Assembly (NCBI RefSeq): GCF_026210795.1
Contig: NC_089435.1
Coordinates: forward strand, 930,001-994,000
Direction of reading: 5' to 3'
Source: Rhizophagus irregularis
Taxonomy: Eukaryota
DNA length: 64,000 nucleotides
In this document: positions 1-13,461 of the stretch, piece after piece
Layout of the letters: each line of letters opens with the position of its first letter
Position numbering within the stretch: the stretch's first letter is position 1
Position numbers and translations under genes: made by a program
The notes under the pieces: generated by a model
Database searches by the model: none
The model's input: only the letters and a program-made list of their open reading frames with translations
What the model was told of the DNA's origin: nothing

Positions 1-2762
1 TATAAATTTCATAAGAAAATTACTTTGCATAATGATTGTAAAATTCTATTAATAAATTTCGAATTAAATCTAGCTCTTCAAATTCTATTAGAGGTTGAAT
101 GCATAACTTGACAGCTTCAACAAATCTTGACCATCCTAAGAGGTTACTATTATTTTAAGTTAAATAATGTTATCAGCAGACTTTTTATTATTTTATCTGC
201 CAACAATTTGATTTTTTTTATTACCTTTGCGGCAATCGCCCTTTTAGTAATGGTAAAGAGAATAAAATGATCCAATTAGCCCACTCTACAGCTTTAAACC
301 CAGCTGAATGTTTAACGATATTGCGTGGAGGACGTCCAATATCAGGTGGCATATGAGATCTACTTCGTTCCATGATTTCACCAATTTCAACCCATGTTTT
401 AGAACTTATTGTATATTCATTTGAGTTCCATTCATTATTTTTTGGATAGAATTTTCCTATCCAATGTCGAAACATATGGGGTGCAACATTTTCGAAAAAA
501 AGGTGCATTATACACAGGTCGAAAAGTGAAAAATCAGGCACCAATCGGTCACCAATCAGGTAGCTGATTGGTGACTGATTGGTGCCTGATTGGCATTTTC
601 GCCAAATACCGTCACCAATCAGGCAGTTTACTAACTTTTGATCCAGTGATCAGAAAAGAATGAAATATAGCTCATTGGAATCGTCTCAACAAGACGAATC
701 TAATGGTAGTAAAATTGCATTTCTAGGATTAATACTTGATGAGAAATTAAGTAAAATATAAAAATAAAAATGTATCATTTATATTTTATTTAATTTTTTA
801 TTAACTTTTAATCCTAGAGATGCGATTTTACTACTATTAGATTCGTCTTGTTGAGACGATTCCAATGAGCTATATTTCATTCTTTTCTGATCACTGGATC
901 AAAAGTTAGTAAACTGCCTGATTGGTGACGGTATTTGGCGAAAATGCCAATCAGGCACCAATCGGTCACCAATCAGGTACCTGATTGGTGACCGATTGGT
1001 GACTGATTGATGCCTGATTTTTCACTTTTTGACCTGTGATATCTACTGGAAATGAACGTGGAAAATTTATAGAAGATAACTCAAATAAAATACTCTTTCC
1101 TTTAATTCCTAATTTTTTTTATTAAACAAAAAATTTTTAAAATTGAGAAAATATATTAATATTAATTACTAAGAATTTATTTTTATTTTAAAATATTGGA
1201 CCAACCGCAGTCACGTATATAAGTTTCTCTACGATCTCCCTCCAGACGTTCTATTTGATTTGTGCTATTCAGTATTTCATCATGTGTTCGAATTGGTAAT
1301 CGTTTAGGATTAATATTTTGTTACAATGGATAATACACATGTCTATTCGTTTCATTTAAAGTCCCTCGAAGATTACAAAATCTGCAACCTGAGTATGAAT
1401 TATGTCCTGTTAAACATAGAACCTTTAAAAGGGCAGGGATATCGCCGGTCCAAGCCAGAATGTTAGCACGTAGAGTAAACTGTTCCTCTTTGTTACCATC
1501 GTAACAAGAGATTCCATCTGTAAATATTAAAAATATTATTAATAAATATTACATTTATTACGTACCATTTATTTAAAATATACCTTGTAAGAATTTCATT
1601 TCTTGAATTAATGGATAGAGAAATGAATTAAAATCTTGAGGTTGTTTTGGCCCCGGGATTATTAAAGTTACCATTAAATTTTCTTTCTTTACTCTTAATT
1701 CTTGAGGTAAATTATTATTTAGAAACAGGAACACCCAACAATCATCGGTCTTTTGACGAAATATTTGGTAGCCGTCGCAAGAAGCAGTAAATGCGATGTC
1801 TCTTGGATCGGGAAAATATTCGTCATTTAATAATTCTTGATAAATCTGTCTATCAAAGATGTCACCTATGTTATTATGAGCAAATTCTCCTTTATTACAA
1901 GTATAATTGTGCCTATATAATAGTTCTTTAGATCTTTCAGGGTTTTTAAATTGAAGCTTTAAACGCTCAATTATAGAAGTAAAAGGTAGATTTTTTCTCG
2001 CTTTACCATTACTATAATATCGATCCTCCTTACAAAATTTACATTTTGTTTCATTTTCTAAAACTCCTACGAATGCACAACATGAATTAACGCACATATC
2101 GTATATTTTTGGTTCAATTCCTACTATTGAACCAAGCTTTCTTTTTACTTTATTAAAACTTATTTTATTTCTATTGAAGGCTTTATATATATTATTAAAT
2201 GCTGCTTCAGAAAAATTAAAATTCGATTTCACATATAAAAGCCTTAATCCTTCGAACAATTCATTAGAAAAAGTCGTATTATCTAAAAAAAGTTGGTAAA
2301 TTACTAATTTAAAATATTATTATAATTATTTCGAAATTCATCTTCTTTATCATCAGAGGTATCAAACTCTAATTCACTTTGAGAATCATAATGGTTTAAG
2401 TCATCGCTTTCATGATAGTAATCATCAATTTCCTCATCCTCATCTTGAAAACTGGAGAGAATTTCCATAGAAGCCTCATCATTATGTAAGGTAGTAAGAT
2501 TTTCTTCCTCTATAAGAATTTCTTCATTGTCAGATATTTCCGATATTTCCATAGGAGATGAGCGTTCTTCATATGAGTTTTCTTCTTCATTTTCTTCATT
2601 TTCTTCAAAATAATTTTCTTCAGAATGAAGACTTTGGTATGCATTTTCTAGTTCTTGCTCCTCTTGTTCTTTTTTCATATGACGAATTACTGTTGTTCTA
2701 TGAATTTCTTTTCCAATACCATTTGTTAAAGCTTTACAATGAGTACATGTACACAAAGGCAT
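1..2762 (-). pseudogene. CACTA/EnSpm (CMC) Transposase_21-like transposase, multi-exon, disrupted; runs off the left edge of the window
   Basis: Spliced translation gives YDMCVNSCCAF, FTASCDGYQIF, IIPGPKQPQDFNSFLYPLIQEM, WTGDIPALLKVLCLTGHNSYSGCRFC, PVDIMHLFFEN and GFKAVEWANWI, motifs typical of tnp2/Transposase_21 proteins. Lesions: in-frame TAA at 1321-1323, a MITE at 513-1038, and no GT donor at the apparent first intron. Confidence 0.9.
513..1038. mobile_element. 526-bp hairpin MITE with CACAGG termini and 3-bp TSD (ATA), CMC/EnSpm-like
   Basis: Ends cacaggtcgaaaagtgaaaaatcaggca / tgcctgatttttcactttttgacctgtg; almost the whole element is an inverted repeat. ATA at 510-512 and 1039-1041. 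Removal restores P-V-D-I-M-H in the transposase. Confidence 0.95.
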
Positions 2763-3255
2763 ACTAATTAATAAAATATATATGTATTTTGGTCTTTTAA
2801 TAAAAAAGTTTTGTTGGTACTATTTTCTTCGAATTTCAATCTATATATAATCAAATAAAACTAGTCCAAATGTCAGACAAATTTTTTTAGTTATATAGTT
2901 TTTTTAGTTATATAGATTTATCAAAAAATTTATTATTGATTTAATACAAAATATCTATATAATTATAAACAACCTCACAAAAAAAATTCGTTAATATCAA
3001 AAAAAATTTTCACAAATTTATTAGTCGGAAATAATATTGAAAAAATCAATCTCATAAAAAAAATTCTCATTAAATCGAAAAAAAAATCTCAATAAACAGA
3101 AAAAGTTCTCACTAAATCAAAAATTCTCACTAAAAAAAAAATTTTTACACGAATTTATTAGTCAGAACAATATCATTGACTAAAAAAAATCTCACAAAAA
3201 GCCATAGGACATAGTTCTATAGTCTTAACCCAAACCAAAAAAAAGAATAAACTAT

Positions 3256-3455
3256 CCCTATAAAAAATTTTTATCCGAATATTTCCATTATTTTTCCGTG
3301 TCTTCCGTAAAAATTCTGTGAAAATGATACATTCACGGATATCTGTGTTAGCGAGATGAAAATTTCCATGATTTAAGGCTATAAATTCCATTAAAATGAT
3401 GCATTCACGGAAAAAAATATGGAAAGATAAAACACAGATCAGATTTTTTACAGGG
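3256..3455. mobile_element. 200-bp MITE with CCCTRTAAAAAA TIRs and 3-bp TSD (TAT)
   Basis: ccctataaaaaa...ttttttacaggg flanked by tat on both sides; related to 31346-31515 and to a decayed copy near 4964-5076. Confidence 0.85.
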
Positions 3456-4489
3456 TATATTTTTTGGGTTAAAAAAAAAATCCAAAATTTTGATAAATTC
3501 CGATTAAAAAAAAAACCCCTAAAAAAAAATCCAATAAGAATAAAAAAATTTTGGTTAAGTTAACCAAAAGAAACAATAATGATAAAAAGAGGGATAAAAA
3601 ATTAATAAAAAAAAGACTAAAAAGGTAGTTTCAGTTTTTTAGTAAAAATTATTATTATAGAAATGGTTCGTGGTAACTAAAAGAGTGGAAATGACCGCAA
3701 ATAAATGCATAAGAGAAATTATACTTTTTTTTTGTTAGTATTAAAATCCAGTTAAAATTTTAATTAATTATAAATGTATTAGTTTAAAGATTGGCTATCG
3801 TAGTTAGTTAATTATGATATGATAATTACGAAATAGATTGAACGCAAGAATATCACACTTTTCAATGTTACACAATTCAAATTATTTATACCGGGTAATC
3901 TAAATATGACAAAATTTTTTTAATTAGATAGATGATGGGCTGAGATCTGGATTTCTTAGCTTTAACATTCGAAAAACAATATCTGAAGGTACTATATGTA
4001 TCATCGAAAAGAAGAAATCTGTAATCTAATAAGGATGTTTAATTAAAATTAAGCCATGTTTATTAAAAGCTTTGACCGTTAAAAAGCCTTGATCATTAAA
4101 AAGCTTTGATTATTAAAAGCCTTGATCATTAAATTAAATAATTTGATTAAATTTTTTATTATTGTTAATTAATTAATCCGTTATTATTTTAAAATATTAA
4201 AACAAATATTTTTAGTTTACATCCGGATATGTACAGCATAAAATATACAATAAATAATAATAAACAATTTTTTTATAAAATCTAATCAAATGAACTGGTG
4301 GCGTCAAAAGATTTGAATTTAATTGATTCATAAAAGATGGCTGAGATCCCGTTCACAACCTCAATCGTATAATAATAAATCGACCAAATTCTTAACAGTA
4401 TTACGCTTTGCTATTTATAATAAGTTTAAATCATGAGCTGATGTAAAAAAGGAATGAGGTTAAATATCACATGCACTATATTTAGTTTT

Positions 4490-4860
4490 TTACGGTCTTT
4501 AAACTTTAAAAATAAGCGGTATCAAGAAAAATTTGCGAGAATTTTTCTTAAAAAATCGTGATTTCAATTTATTTAAACTTTAAAAATAAGCGGTATCAAG
4601 AAAAATTCGCGAGAATTTTTCTTGAAATCGTGATTTCAGTTTGCTAATCGGTCTTTAAACTTTAAAATAAGCAGCATCAAGAAAAATTCACGAGAATTTT
4701 TCTTAAAAAATCGTGATTTCAATTTATTTAAACTTTAAAAATAAGCGGTATCAAGAAAAATTCGTGAGAATTTTTCTTAAATTCGTTACTAATCGGTCTT
4801 TAAACTTTAAAAATAAGCAGTATCAAGAAAAATTCGCGAGAATTTTCCTTGATACTGCTT
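4490..4860 (+). repeat. Tandem array of ~75-80 bp units built on the palindrome TCAAGAAAAATTCGCGAGAATTTTTCTTGA
   Basis: About five cores separated by two alternating linkers; the array ends in a ~46-bp near-perfect palindrome. Confidence 0.9.
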
Positions 4861-6344
4861 AATTTTTAAATTAAAACCTTAATTAATACTAAATTAGCTA
4901 AAGCAGTATCACAGAATTATATAAATTTATATAAACCAATCTATCTAATCTCATTAAAGAAGCCCCATGTAAAAAAAAATGTTGATCCGTGTTTTATCGT
5001 TTCATGTTATCACAGAATTTTTATGGAATTACGGAGGAATAATGGAAATATTCAGATAAAAATTTTTTTATGATGGGCTTAATCAGTTTCCCGTTTTTTC
5101 TAGTAATTATACGAATTAGTTGGCTTTGTGCCACTCTGACATATTAAAAAAAAATAATTGATCATCTGTATATTTAAATACCAGTTTTCATCCAGTTTTT
5201 CACCCGATTTTAGTCTCACACTATTTTGAAAATAGTGATATAGGGTCAGATCATATTATAAATAAATATTTTTTTTCGCTCTTTTTTTTAATTCAAGCAA
5301 TCATTTAGTATTGAATTCTATTTAATTTTTATTTTATATTAGATCATTATTTCATATATTATGTATTTTAAAAAAAAAATTTTTCCATTCATCTAAATCA
5401 TTATTTAGTTCTTCTTTATCTATTATATAGTAAGTTTAATTAATTTTAATAAATCCTACACAATGGTCAATAGCACATACATCAATAAACTCATGAGATT
5501 CATTTCCCAAAAATGATAAAAGTCTTATATTATCTTCTTTAACTAATGGATAATTAGATATATGCATAAGCCAAAAATACATACATTTTTATCAAACTAT
5601 TTACAGTACATACCATCAAATAATTAATTCTTGTTCAATCATAATTTCTTCTAATTCATTTTGAAGAGAATGACTACATAAAAATTAATAATATCCATAA
5701 ATACTAACATTTGATCATAAATATTGTGTTACTGATTTCTTAGATAGCCTATGCTATATTACGCAATTAATTTTCCTATATGACTTTATTTGATTTATGT
5801 GCTACTGATTTCTTAGATAGGCTATGCTATATTACGCAATTTTACGCAATTTATTTGATTTATGGCTTGTGATTTTTAAATTTCAGACTGTTTATGGTCG
5901 ATATTATGCAAATCGTATGATGATTTTAACATGGTGTCCAGTAAATTAACTTTTGTTTTACCTTATTTAATATTAAAAATTACTATGTGAATGAGAAATT
6001 AATAAAGTAAAACAAATGTAGACTTAAATAACTTAAATATCAATTTATTGGGTAATTTTGGTATTACAAACCATTTTTAAGCAATGAAGATTATTAAATA
6101 TTTAGCATTTAACGTAAGAAATGCAGTAAAAAATTTTTTCCTATTAGAATGGTAGTTTTACAGTCAAAAATAAACATCTAAATACCAGAACAAGTAAAAA
6201 GCCTCAAGATAAGCTGGTCGATTTCTAATTAAGTATTAAAAAAACTACTACCAAAAAGCTTAAATACCAGAATGAGTAAAAAGCCTTAAGATAAGCAGAT
6301 CAACTTCTATTTAAGTATTAGAACCAAGTAAATTTTCACACATT

Positions 6345-6492
6345 ATTTAAATACGCAAATTTTTTTTTTTAAATACTTTTTTTCGCGCAAAATTTTTTTT
6401 AAATACTTTTTTTCGCGCAAAATTTTTTTTTTAAATACTTTTTTTCGCGCAAAATTTTTTTTTTTAAATACTTTTTTTCACGCAAATTTTTT
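6345..6492 (+). repeat. ~33-bp tandem repeat (aaatactttttttcgcgcaaaattttttttt) directly upstream of ORF 6539
   Basis: About four copies visible. Confidence 0.85.
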
Positions 6493-6538
6493 TTACTCAC
6501 ACTAAGTACTCTTTTATTCACCAAGCTTTTTTACAAAA

Positions 6539-7231
6539 ATGACTGAAGATAACGAAAGTTTTTCAGTCATAGAAAATAATGTTACTACAAAAGATATACT
6601 CAATAATATCGATAAAAGCTTTGGAGTCATCACTAATCTATCAAATTTTTTAGTTGAATTAACACGCACTCAAAATGACACGATAAATGAATTAACTCGT
6701 AATCAGAATAAAACAATACATGAGTTATTATGCATGGTAAAAACGTTAATATCATCATCATCACCACCGACATCATTTACGTCATCGTCACCACCACCTT
6801 CAATATTATCATCATCATTATCATCGTTGCCCCCATCATCATCTCCACCATCTTCATCTCCATCATCGTCATCATCATCTCCGCCTCTGCCATCATCATC
6901 CCCACCACCAGTACAACTTTATTCGGCGAAAGATATAAAAATTTGTCTGACAACCAACTGGATTTTACCAGTGGAATTTTATAGAGACCCCTGCCATATT
7001 TGCCTATATTACGGACATGGATTCAGAAATTGTCCGAATATAATTTTTACAGCACAAGAACTTCAGAATATTTGTATAAAGTGTTGGGGACCAATCCATG
7101 GAACATCGACAAATTGTACTAATGATCAGGTCACACCTCTGTTTAAAGAAGATTATATACAATCAACACAATTAATTCAAAAATTTTTTTTATATACAAC
7201 CAACACAATTAATTCAAAAATTTTTTTTTAG
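6539..7231 (+). CDS. Hypothetical protein: helical N-terminus, Ser/Pro tract and two zinc knuckles
   Basis: CHICLYYGHGFRNC is CX2CX4HX4C and CIKCWGPIHGTSTNC is CX2CX4HX5C. The 3' end is disturbed by a small internal duplication before a gtaag donor, so it may be a pseudogene. Confidence 0.65.
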   Translation: MTEDNESFSVIENNVTTKDILNNIDKSFGVITNLSNFLVELTRTQNDTINELTRNQNKTIHELLCMVKTLISSSSPPTSFTSSSPPPSILSSSLSSLPPSSSPPSSSPSSSSSSPPLPSSSPPPVQLYSAKDIKICLTTNWILPVEFYRDPCHICLYYGHGFRNCPNIIFTAQELQNICIKCWGPIHGTSTNCTNDQVTPLFKEDYIQSTQLIQKFFLYTTNTINSKIFF

Positions 7232-7288
7232 GTAAGATTTTTAGATTTATACTTTTTGATTTTAATAATATATTAATATATTTTTTTA

Positions 7289-7577
7289 TTACCAGTGGAA
7301 TATTATAAAGACCCCTGCCATATTCGCCTATATTATGAACATGGCTTTATAAATTGTCCAAGTATAATTTTTACAGTACAAGAACTTCAGAATATTTGTA
7401 TAAAGTGTTGGGGACCAATCCATGGAACATCGGGAAATTGTACTAATGATCGGGTCACACCTCTGTTTAAAGAAGGTTATATACAACCAACACAATTAAT
7501 TCAAAATTTTTTTTTTAGGTAAGATTTTTAGATTTATACTTTTTGATTTTAATAATATATTAATATATTTTTTTATT
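7289..7577 (+). repeat. Tandem duplicate of the zinc-knuckle exon end plus intron start (copy of ~6966-7290)
   Basis: Near-identical sequence; the second copy has CHIR in place of CHIC. Confidence 0.9.
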
Positions 7578-7754
7578 AATAAATAATAATTAAATTGCCG
7601 ATATTTTTTGGTCATTAAAGGTAATTAATGATTATATATATATCTTTCAATTTATTTTATTATTAATATTTTTATTAACTTTTCTTTTTATTTAAATTAA
7701 AGGTCGTAATGAAAATTTTTTTTTTAACATACATGGTTAAAGATTTTATAATTT

Positions 7755-8025
7755 TTTTGTTTTTTTCATATAACTGAAGTTTTACCTAGTAGGTTTGCTA
7801 GGTAGCATAACTAGGTAAAACTTTAGAATTTTTGAAGTTTTATTTTTTTGTTTTTTTTTCATGTAACTGAAGTTTTACCTAGTAGGTTAAGCTAGGTAGC
7901 ATAACTAGGTAAAACTTTAGAATTTTTGAAGTTTTATTTTTTGGTTTTTTTTCATATAACTGAAGTTTTACCTAGTAGGTTGGTTAGCTAGGTAGCATAA
8001 CTAGGTAAAACTTTAGAATTTTTGA
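7755..8025. repeat. Three tandem ~95-bp units, each with a 14-bp-stem hairpin (aagttttacctagt...actaggtaaaactt)
   Basis: Read directly from the sequence. Confidence 0.9.
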
Positions 8026-8409
8026 AAAGTTTTAAGGTTGCCGGGTGGCATAATAAACTTTTCTTCTAATAAATAATAAAAAAAATTAAATAAATTTTTC
8101 ATAAAAATTTTTAATAATTGCAATCTTAATTTATTAATGTGGATTTTTATCAAACATCTTAGTAATACTTAAATATGCAATCATGTATATATTATAGGTA
8201 TAATTAAAGTACTATGATTTCATATAAAATGGACTTAGTGTCTTAATTTACGTTAAATAATCAACCAGAAAACATTGATAAAAGTTTTTTGCATACCAAT
8301 GAAATACTGTAGTTCGGTAAATTTACTACCATACTTGTAAATTCCATATTTATATTAAAGAAAAAAGAAAATAAATGATAGCAAAATATTTGCGAGATTA
8401 ATAGATCTA

Positions 8410-9220
8410 AATCACGATTGTTAAAGAACAATTCGCAAGAATTTTTCTTGATACTGCTTAATTTTTGTGATACTGCTTAATTTTTAAAGTTTAAATGTGA
8501 TACCGCTTATTTTAATTTCGATTAATAAATTACACGTTATTAAGAAAAATTCGCAAGAATTTTTCTTAATGCTGCTTAATTTTTAAAGTTTAAAAATGTG
8601 ATACCGCTTATTTTAATTTCGATTAATAAATTAAAGTCACGTTCTTAAGAAAAATTCGCAAAAATTTTCTTAATACTGCTTAATTTTTAAAGTTTAATTA
8701 TGTGATACCGCTTATTTTAATTTCGATTAATAAATTAAAGTCACGTTCTTAAGAAAAATTCGCAAGAATTTTTCTTAATACTGCTTAATTTTTGTGATAC
8801 CGTGCTTAATTCCCTGATTAATAAAATTGAAATCACGTTTTTAAGAAAAATTCGTGAGAATTTTCCTTGATACTGCTTAATTCTAATTCAGCTAATTTAG
8901 TATTAAGGTTTTAATTTAAAAATTACGCAGTATCTAATTAAATCGTTCAGTTACACTAAATTTTTTTTTTTTTTTGCGAACAAAAAAAAAAAATTTTAAA
9001 TTCAAAAAAAAACGAGTTTTTTTTAGTATGTTTTAGTCGTTATCAAGAAAAATTCGCGAGAATTTTCCTTGATACTGCTTAATTCTAATTCAGCTAATTT
9101 AGTATTAAGGTTCTATCAAAGAATTTCTCGCGAATTTTTCTTGATGATCGTGATTTTTAATTTATAAATCAGACTTTTGAACTTTAAAATTAAGCAAGTA
9201 TGAAGGAAATTTCTTGCAAA
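8410..9220. repeat. Diverged array of the AAGAAAAATTCGCRAGAATTTTTCTT palindrome, mixed orientation
   Basis: About eight cores with linkers related to the reverse complement of the 4490-4900 block. Confidence 0.8.
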
Positions 9221-10210
9221 TTTTCGTTATAAATCAGACTTCTGATGGATCTTTTATATGATCACGTGAAATTATCTATACAGTTTACAGTAGGGATCGG
9301 CATCGCGCATGAATAGAAACTGCGCCCGACCTGCTAGATCATATGGAGATGATGTAATTTTTATTTGTGAAACTAAGGATATTGTTTGTTGTTTGAATCG
9401 TTACCAATTACGTTTAAAGATAACTCTATACTTATAAAAGATGATCGTGAAATCATATGAAATAAAATTTGTATATAAGGGGAATTTTCTTGATATTCTC
9501 ATGGGTAGTGGGATCACTGCATCCAAGTTTGATTCAAGTTTTAATAAGAGGAAAAAAAAAATTTTTCCTCTGCCATTTAATTAAAAAGATGAGTAAAAAA
9601 GACTATCAATATGAGTATATTAAAAGGCAAAACCGTCAGTTTGTGCTGTGATATTCACAAAATAAATATTACATATATGAGAGTATTATTGACCATAATT
9701 AGATAATTAAATTGGTAATTTAAATTTATTTTAATAAATAAAACACCCCTTTGATTTTTTAGATCAATTCGAGACAATTAATTTTTTTCTCTAAATTTTT
9801 AGATCGATTCAACACCCTTATTGACCATAATTAGATTGTAATTAAATTTATTTTAATAAATAAAACACCCCCTTGATTTTTTAGATCAATTCGAGTTTAT
9901 TAAATAGACACCCTTTACAATTAATTTTTTCTCTGGATTTTTAAATCGATTCAACACCCTTATAATTAATTTTTTCTGATTTTTATCGATTTAACATCTT
10001 TAACATTAATTTTCTTCCTTCAATTTTTTCCTCAAAAATCACCCTTATAATTAATTTTTTCTTTAATTTTTTATCGATTTAACATCTTTAACACTAATTT
10101 TCTTCCTTCAATTTTTTCCTCAAACTTCCTTCATTTTTCCTTCAATTTTTTCCTCAAACTTCCTTCAATTTTTTCTTCTTCCTTCAATTTTTTCCTCAAA
10201 AATCTCAAAA

Positions 10211-11623
10211 ATGGATTCAATCGACAAAGAAAGTAAATTAAAAGAAATTAGTATGTAATGAATGAGATATATAAATTTATGTTTTTTATTTATGTATTAT
10301 AAGTTTTTTTTTATTTACTTAATAATTTTTCCAAAAGAACAAAATTTAATAAGGTTCGCCTCAAAGACATTTAAAGAGATGAAAGAATTAGAAATTAGAT
10401 CTCTTAATATTTCTAATTCAAACGCTATATTAGAAAATAATGATATTGGGATATTCCAAATTCATTTTGGAGAAAACGATTTTAATGAAATTGATGAAGA
10501 AGAAGTTGATTCAAAAAAACAGTCAATTACAATAAAAAATAAAAAAGTTAATAATTTTTTTATACTTTTAATTCATTAAGATTCTATTCATTTTGACAAT
10601 ATATTAATTATGCATTGTTATGCGCAGAAACCGTTTTTATCATCTCCGGCTATTATAATGGCAAGGAATCTACGAGAATTATTACTAAATATCGATAAAC
10701 TCCCAGATCAACAATCTTTTACGATGAACCCGACAAAATTCACAATAATTGAATCATATGTACAATTTTTGTTGAACAAATTAAAAAGTTCTTCAACAAA
10801 AGAAGCTTTTGTTGAAGAACTTAGATGTAATAATGACAATTTCTTAGAAATCGGTCTACCTCCTAATAATGAAAATTTAAAAGATAATTTTGAGATTACC
10901 TCGGAGGTAAATTTGTTAAAAATGGAGGAATCTTCCTTCGAACGAAGTAAGGAAGAAATAATAAGAGCGCTGGTCGCTCAATTAATATCAATTTATGATA
11001 ATGTTCTTCAGGAATATATCGAAGCAAAGATTAATAGACGAAATGGATTTCGTAATTATTTGAATTTTTTAAAGATTTATAAAAAAATCGAAATATTTTG
11101 TAACATATACAAAATCAGATTGAAAGGTCAAACAATAAAAAATCAAACAAATACCAAAATTGTCGATTATAGCGAACAAAAAATTAAATTAACAACTCTC
11201 ACCATCACTCTCAGAGCAGCAAAAAGAATTGATAGGCTATTAAGTCTTTCCAATAAAAATTTTCTCATTGTTGACATATTTCCTAATTTAGATGTAGCTT
11301 TTTTTAAATCGTCATCAATTAATGTCTCTGCATATGAATGTTGGCTGAAGATCATAGAAACGGGGGAAATAATTTCAGAGGAGCAAGGATACGAAATCTA
11401 TTAACAAAAAAAGAAGGAGGAGAATTCATTAAGAGAAAATATTCTTAAACAAGTGTATGAATTGGCGGGATATGAATCGGCAGAATATGAATCGGCGGAA
11501 TATTATTACATTGATGAAGAATCACCAAGATACTATCCTGATAACGACAATCCTGATAACGAAGAATCACCAAGATATTATGCCGATAACGAAGAATCTA
11601 TTCTTCCTATGGATGAATCTTAA
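10211..11623 (+). pseudogene. Three-exon orphan gene of unknown function, probable premature stop at 11402-11404
   Basis: ATG at 10211, gtatgt donor at ~10251, then ORFs 10262 and 10610 as exons. The frame stays open for ~72 codons after the TAA (QKKKEENSLREN...ESPRYY repeats) until TAA at 11621-11623. Confidence 0.6.
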
Positions 11624-12179
11624 CTCTTTCCTCCGCTTCCTTTCTCTCTTCTTCTCTCCCTTCTTCATTATTTTCCTCCTTTCCTCCTTCCCTTCTTCTC
11701 TCTTCTTCGCTCGTATCCTCCCTCTCTTCTTTTTCTCCTTTTTCACTCTTTTCTTCCCTTCTTTCCTTCTTCTCTCCTTCTTCGTTCTTTTCCTCCCTTC
11801 CCTTTCCTTCCTCCTTCCTTTTCCTCTTTCATTTCCCTTCCTTTCCCTTCCTCCTTCCTTTTCCTCTTTAATTTTACCAGTAGAATCCATTATTTTTTTG
11901 ATTTTTTGTTCCTCGGCACTTGGTACTGATTTCGTCCGTTTCTTTGGCTCTCTTTTGACGCTTTCTTTCACGTTCATGTTTAAGTCATTGTTTGGGTGTT
12001 TTCTTCTTTTGTTATTTCATTTCTCGGGTTAGTACTTTGATATCCATTTTATTATAATTTTTAAATGTAAAAGTTTATGCGAAGCGCATGGGAATTTTAT
12101 ATCTGATTTTTTTATCTTAATTTTTATAGTCGTCATCTTTACTTTAAAGTACAAAATTAGAAATACAATCGCCACTGGT

Positions 12180-12881
12180 TACAAACCTGGATATACCGAA
12201 AACTCGTTATATCGAACCAAATAGTGCAGAACTATTTATCCAAAACTCGTGTTTGTTTGATCAAATATATTATATACTGAATGATCACGTGAATTAAAAT
12301 TGGATAATCTTTTTCTTTATCGGAATACAAAATTTAAAAAAAAACCCGATATTAACACAATATATCAACAAATTATGAAAAATGTCAACTACAAAAACCT
12401 TCCCGTTCATTATTTTTGGAATAAGAAGGCGTGAATGCAAGTTAGTATTTTAATGAAATTCTTCTTGAACTTAATCTCTTGAACTTAATGCATGAAATTC
12501 TTCTAATATATATTTATTTCTTTTATTTCTTAGTTTTGATGGAAAAATTGATGACCTTGATATGTTAATTTCTAGCTGATATTAACGCGTATGGATATGT
12601 TCATATTGAGGATGAAATGCTAGAGGGTGGACTTACTGATGAAGAAATTGTTGATAGGGTATGAATACAAAAATGAAATAACTTATTTATACCAGAAAAA
12701 GTTACTTTGGCAGTAGTTAAAAGATTTATAAACGAATCTATAAGATTTTTATACGCAGAAGTGGGTAAAGAATTAAATAATATAATATAATAATAAAGAT
12801 AATTCATAATTTACCTTAATTATTTTTAATCATGTGATTTGATTTTATTGGTAGAATTTATATACCGCGTTATATCCAGTA
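12180..12881 (+). mobile_element. Decayed pogo/Tigger-like remnant
   Basis: Ends ctggatataccg / cgcgttatatccagta; internal fragment EDEMLEGGLTDEEIVD resembles the C-terminal tail of CENP-B/Tigger transposases. Confidence 0.45.
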
Positions 12882-13461
12882 ACGACCGCAATCTCAATTT
12901 TATTAATCGAAAAAAATAAGTAGTACCAAGAAAATTCTCAGAAAATTTTCTTGATGATCGCAATTAATTGGATTTAAATTTAAAAATTGTCAATCGTAAT
13001 TTCAATTTCAATTTCAATTTATTTATTAATCAGCCTTTGAAAAATAAGGCCCATCAATTTCTAAAAATAGCTAAACGCGAATTTAATTTTAATGATTATT
13101 CTGTTATATTAACAAAATTGATCAATTTGCGCTTTTTTCTAACAATAATAGTTAGATAATATAAAATAGATAGTCATAACGCTATTATGTAATAATAAAA
13201 GAGTGATTTCTAATTAAACTCAATTCCAATTGTTTGTTTGTAAATTCTAATCGTTTGATTGTGACGTAAATCATGATCATCTTCCGATTTCTGAAACTAT
13301 TTTTCACAAATATATACTGTATTGATATTGATGGACTGAAATTTAAAATGCCCCATGATTTTTTAGAAAACAACTTATTAGCATAGCGGCCAATCACAAA
13401 GATAGCACTGAAAATATAAGATCAGCTGATACTAACAACTGTGATCTGTATATGGTGATTA

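Noticed and set aside
4490..4860. Palindromic repeats with spacers as a CRISPR array
   Set aside because: The linkers are two recurring sequences, not unique spacers.
11457..12032. Phe/Leu/Ser-rich ORF and its Lys/Glu/Arg-rich antisense ORF
   Set aside because: A polypyrimidine low-complexity tract; the minus-strand frame could be a real exon but no domain or splice support was found.
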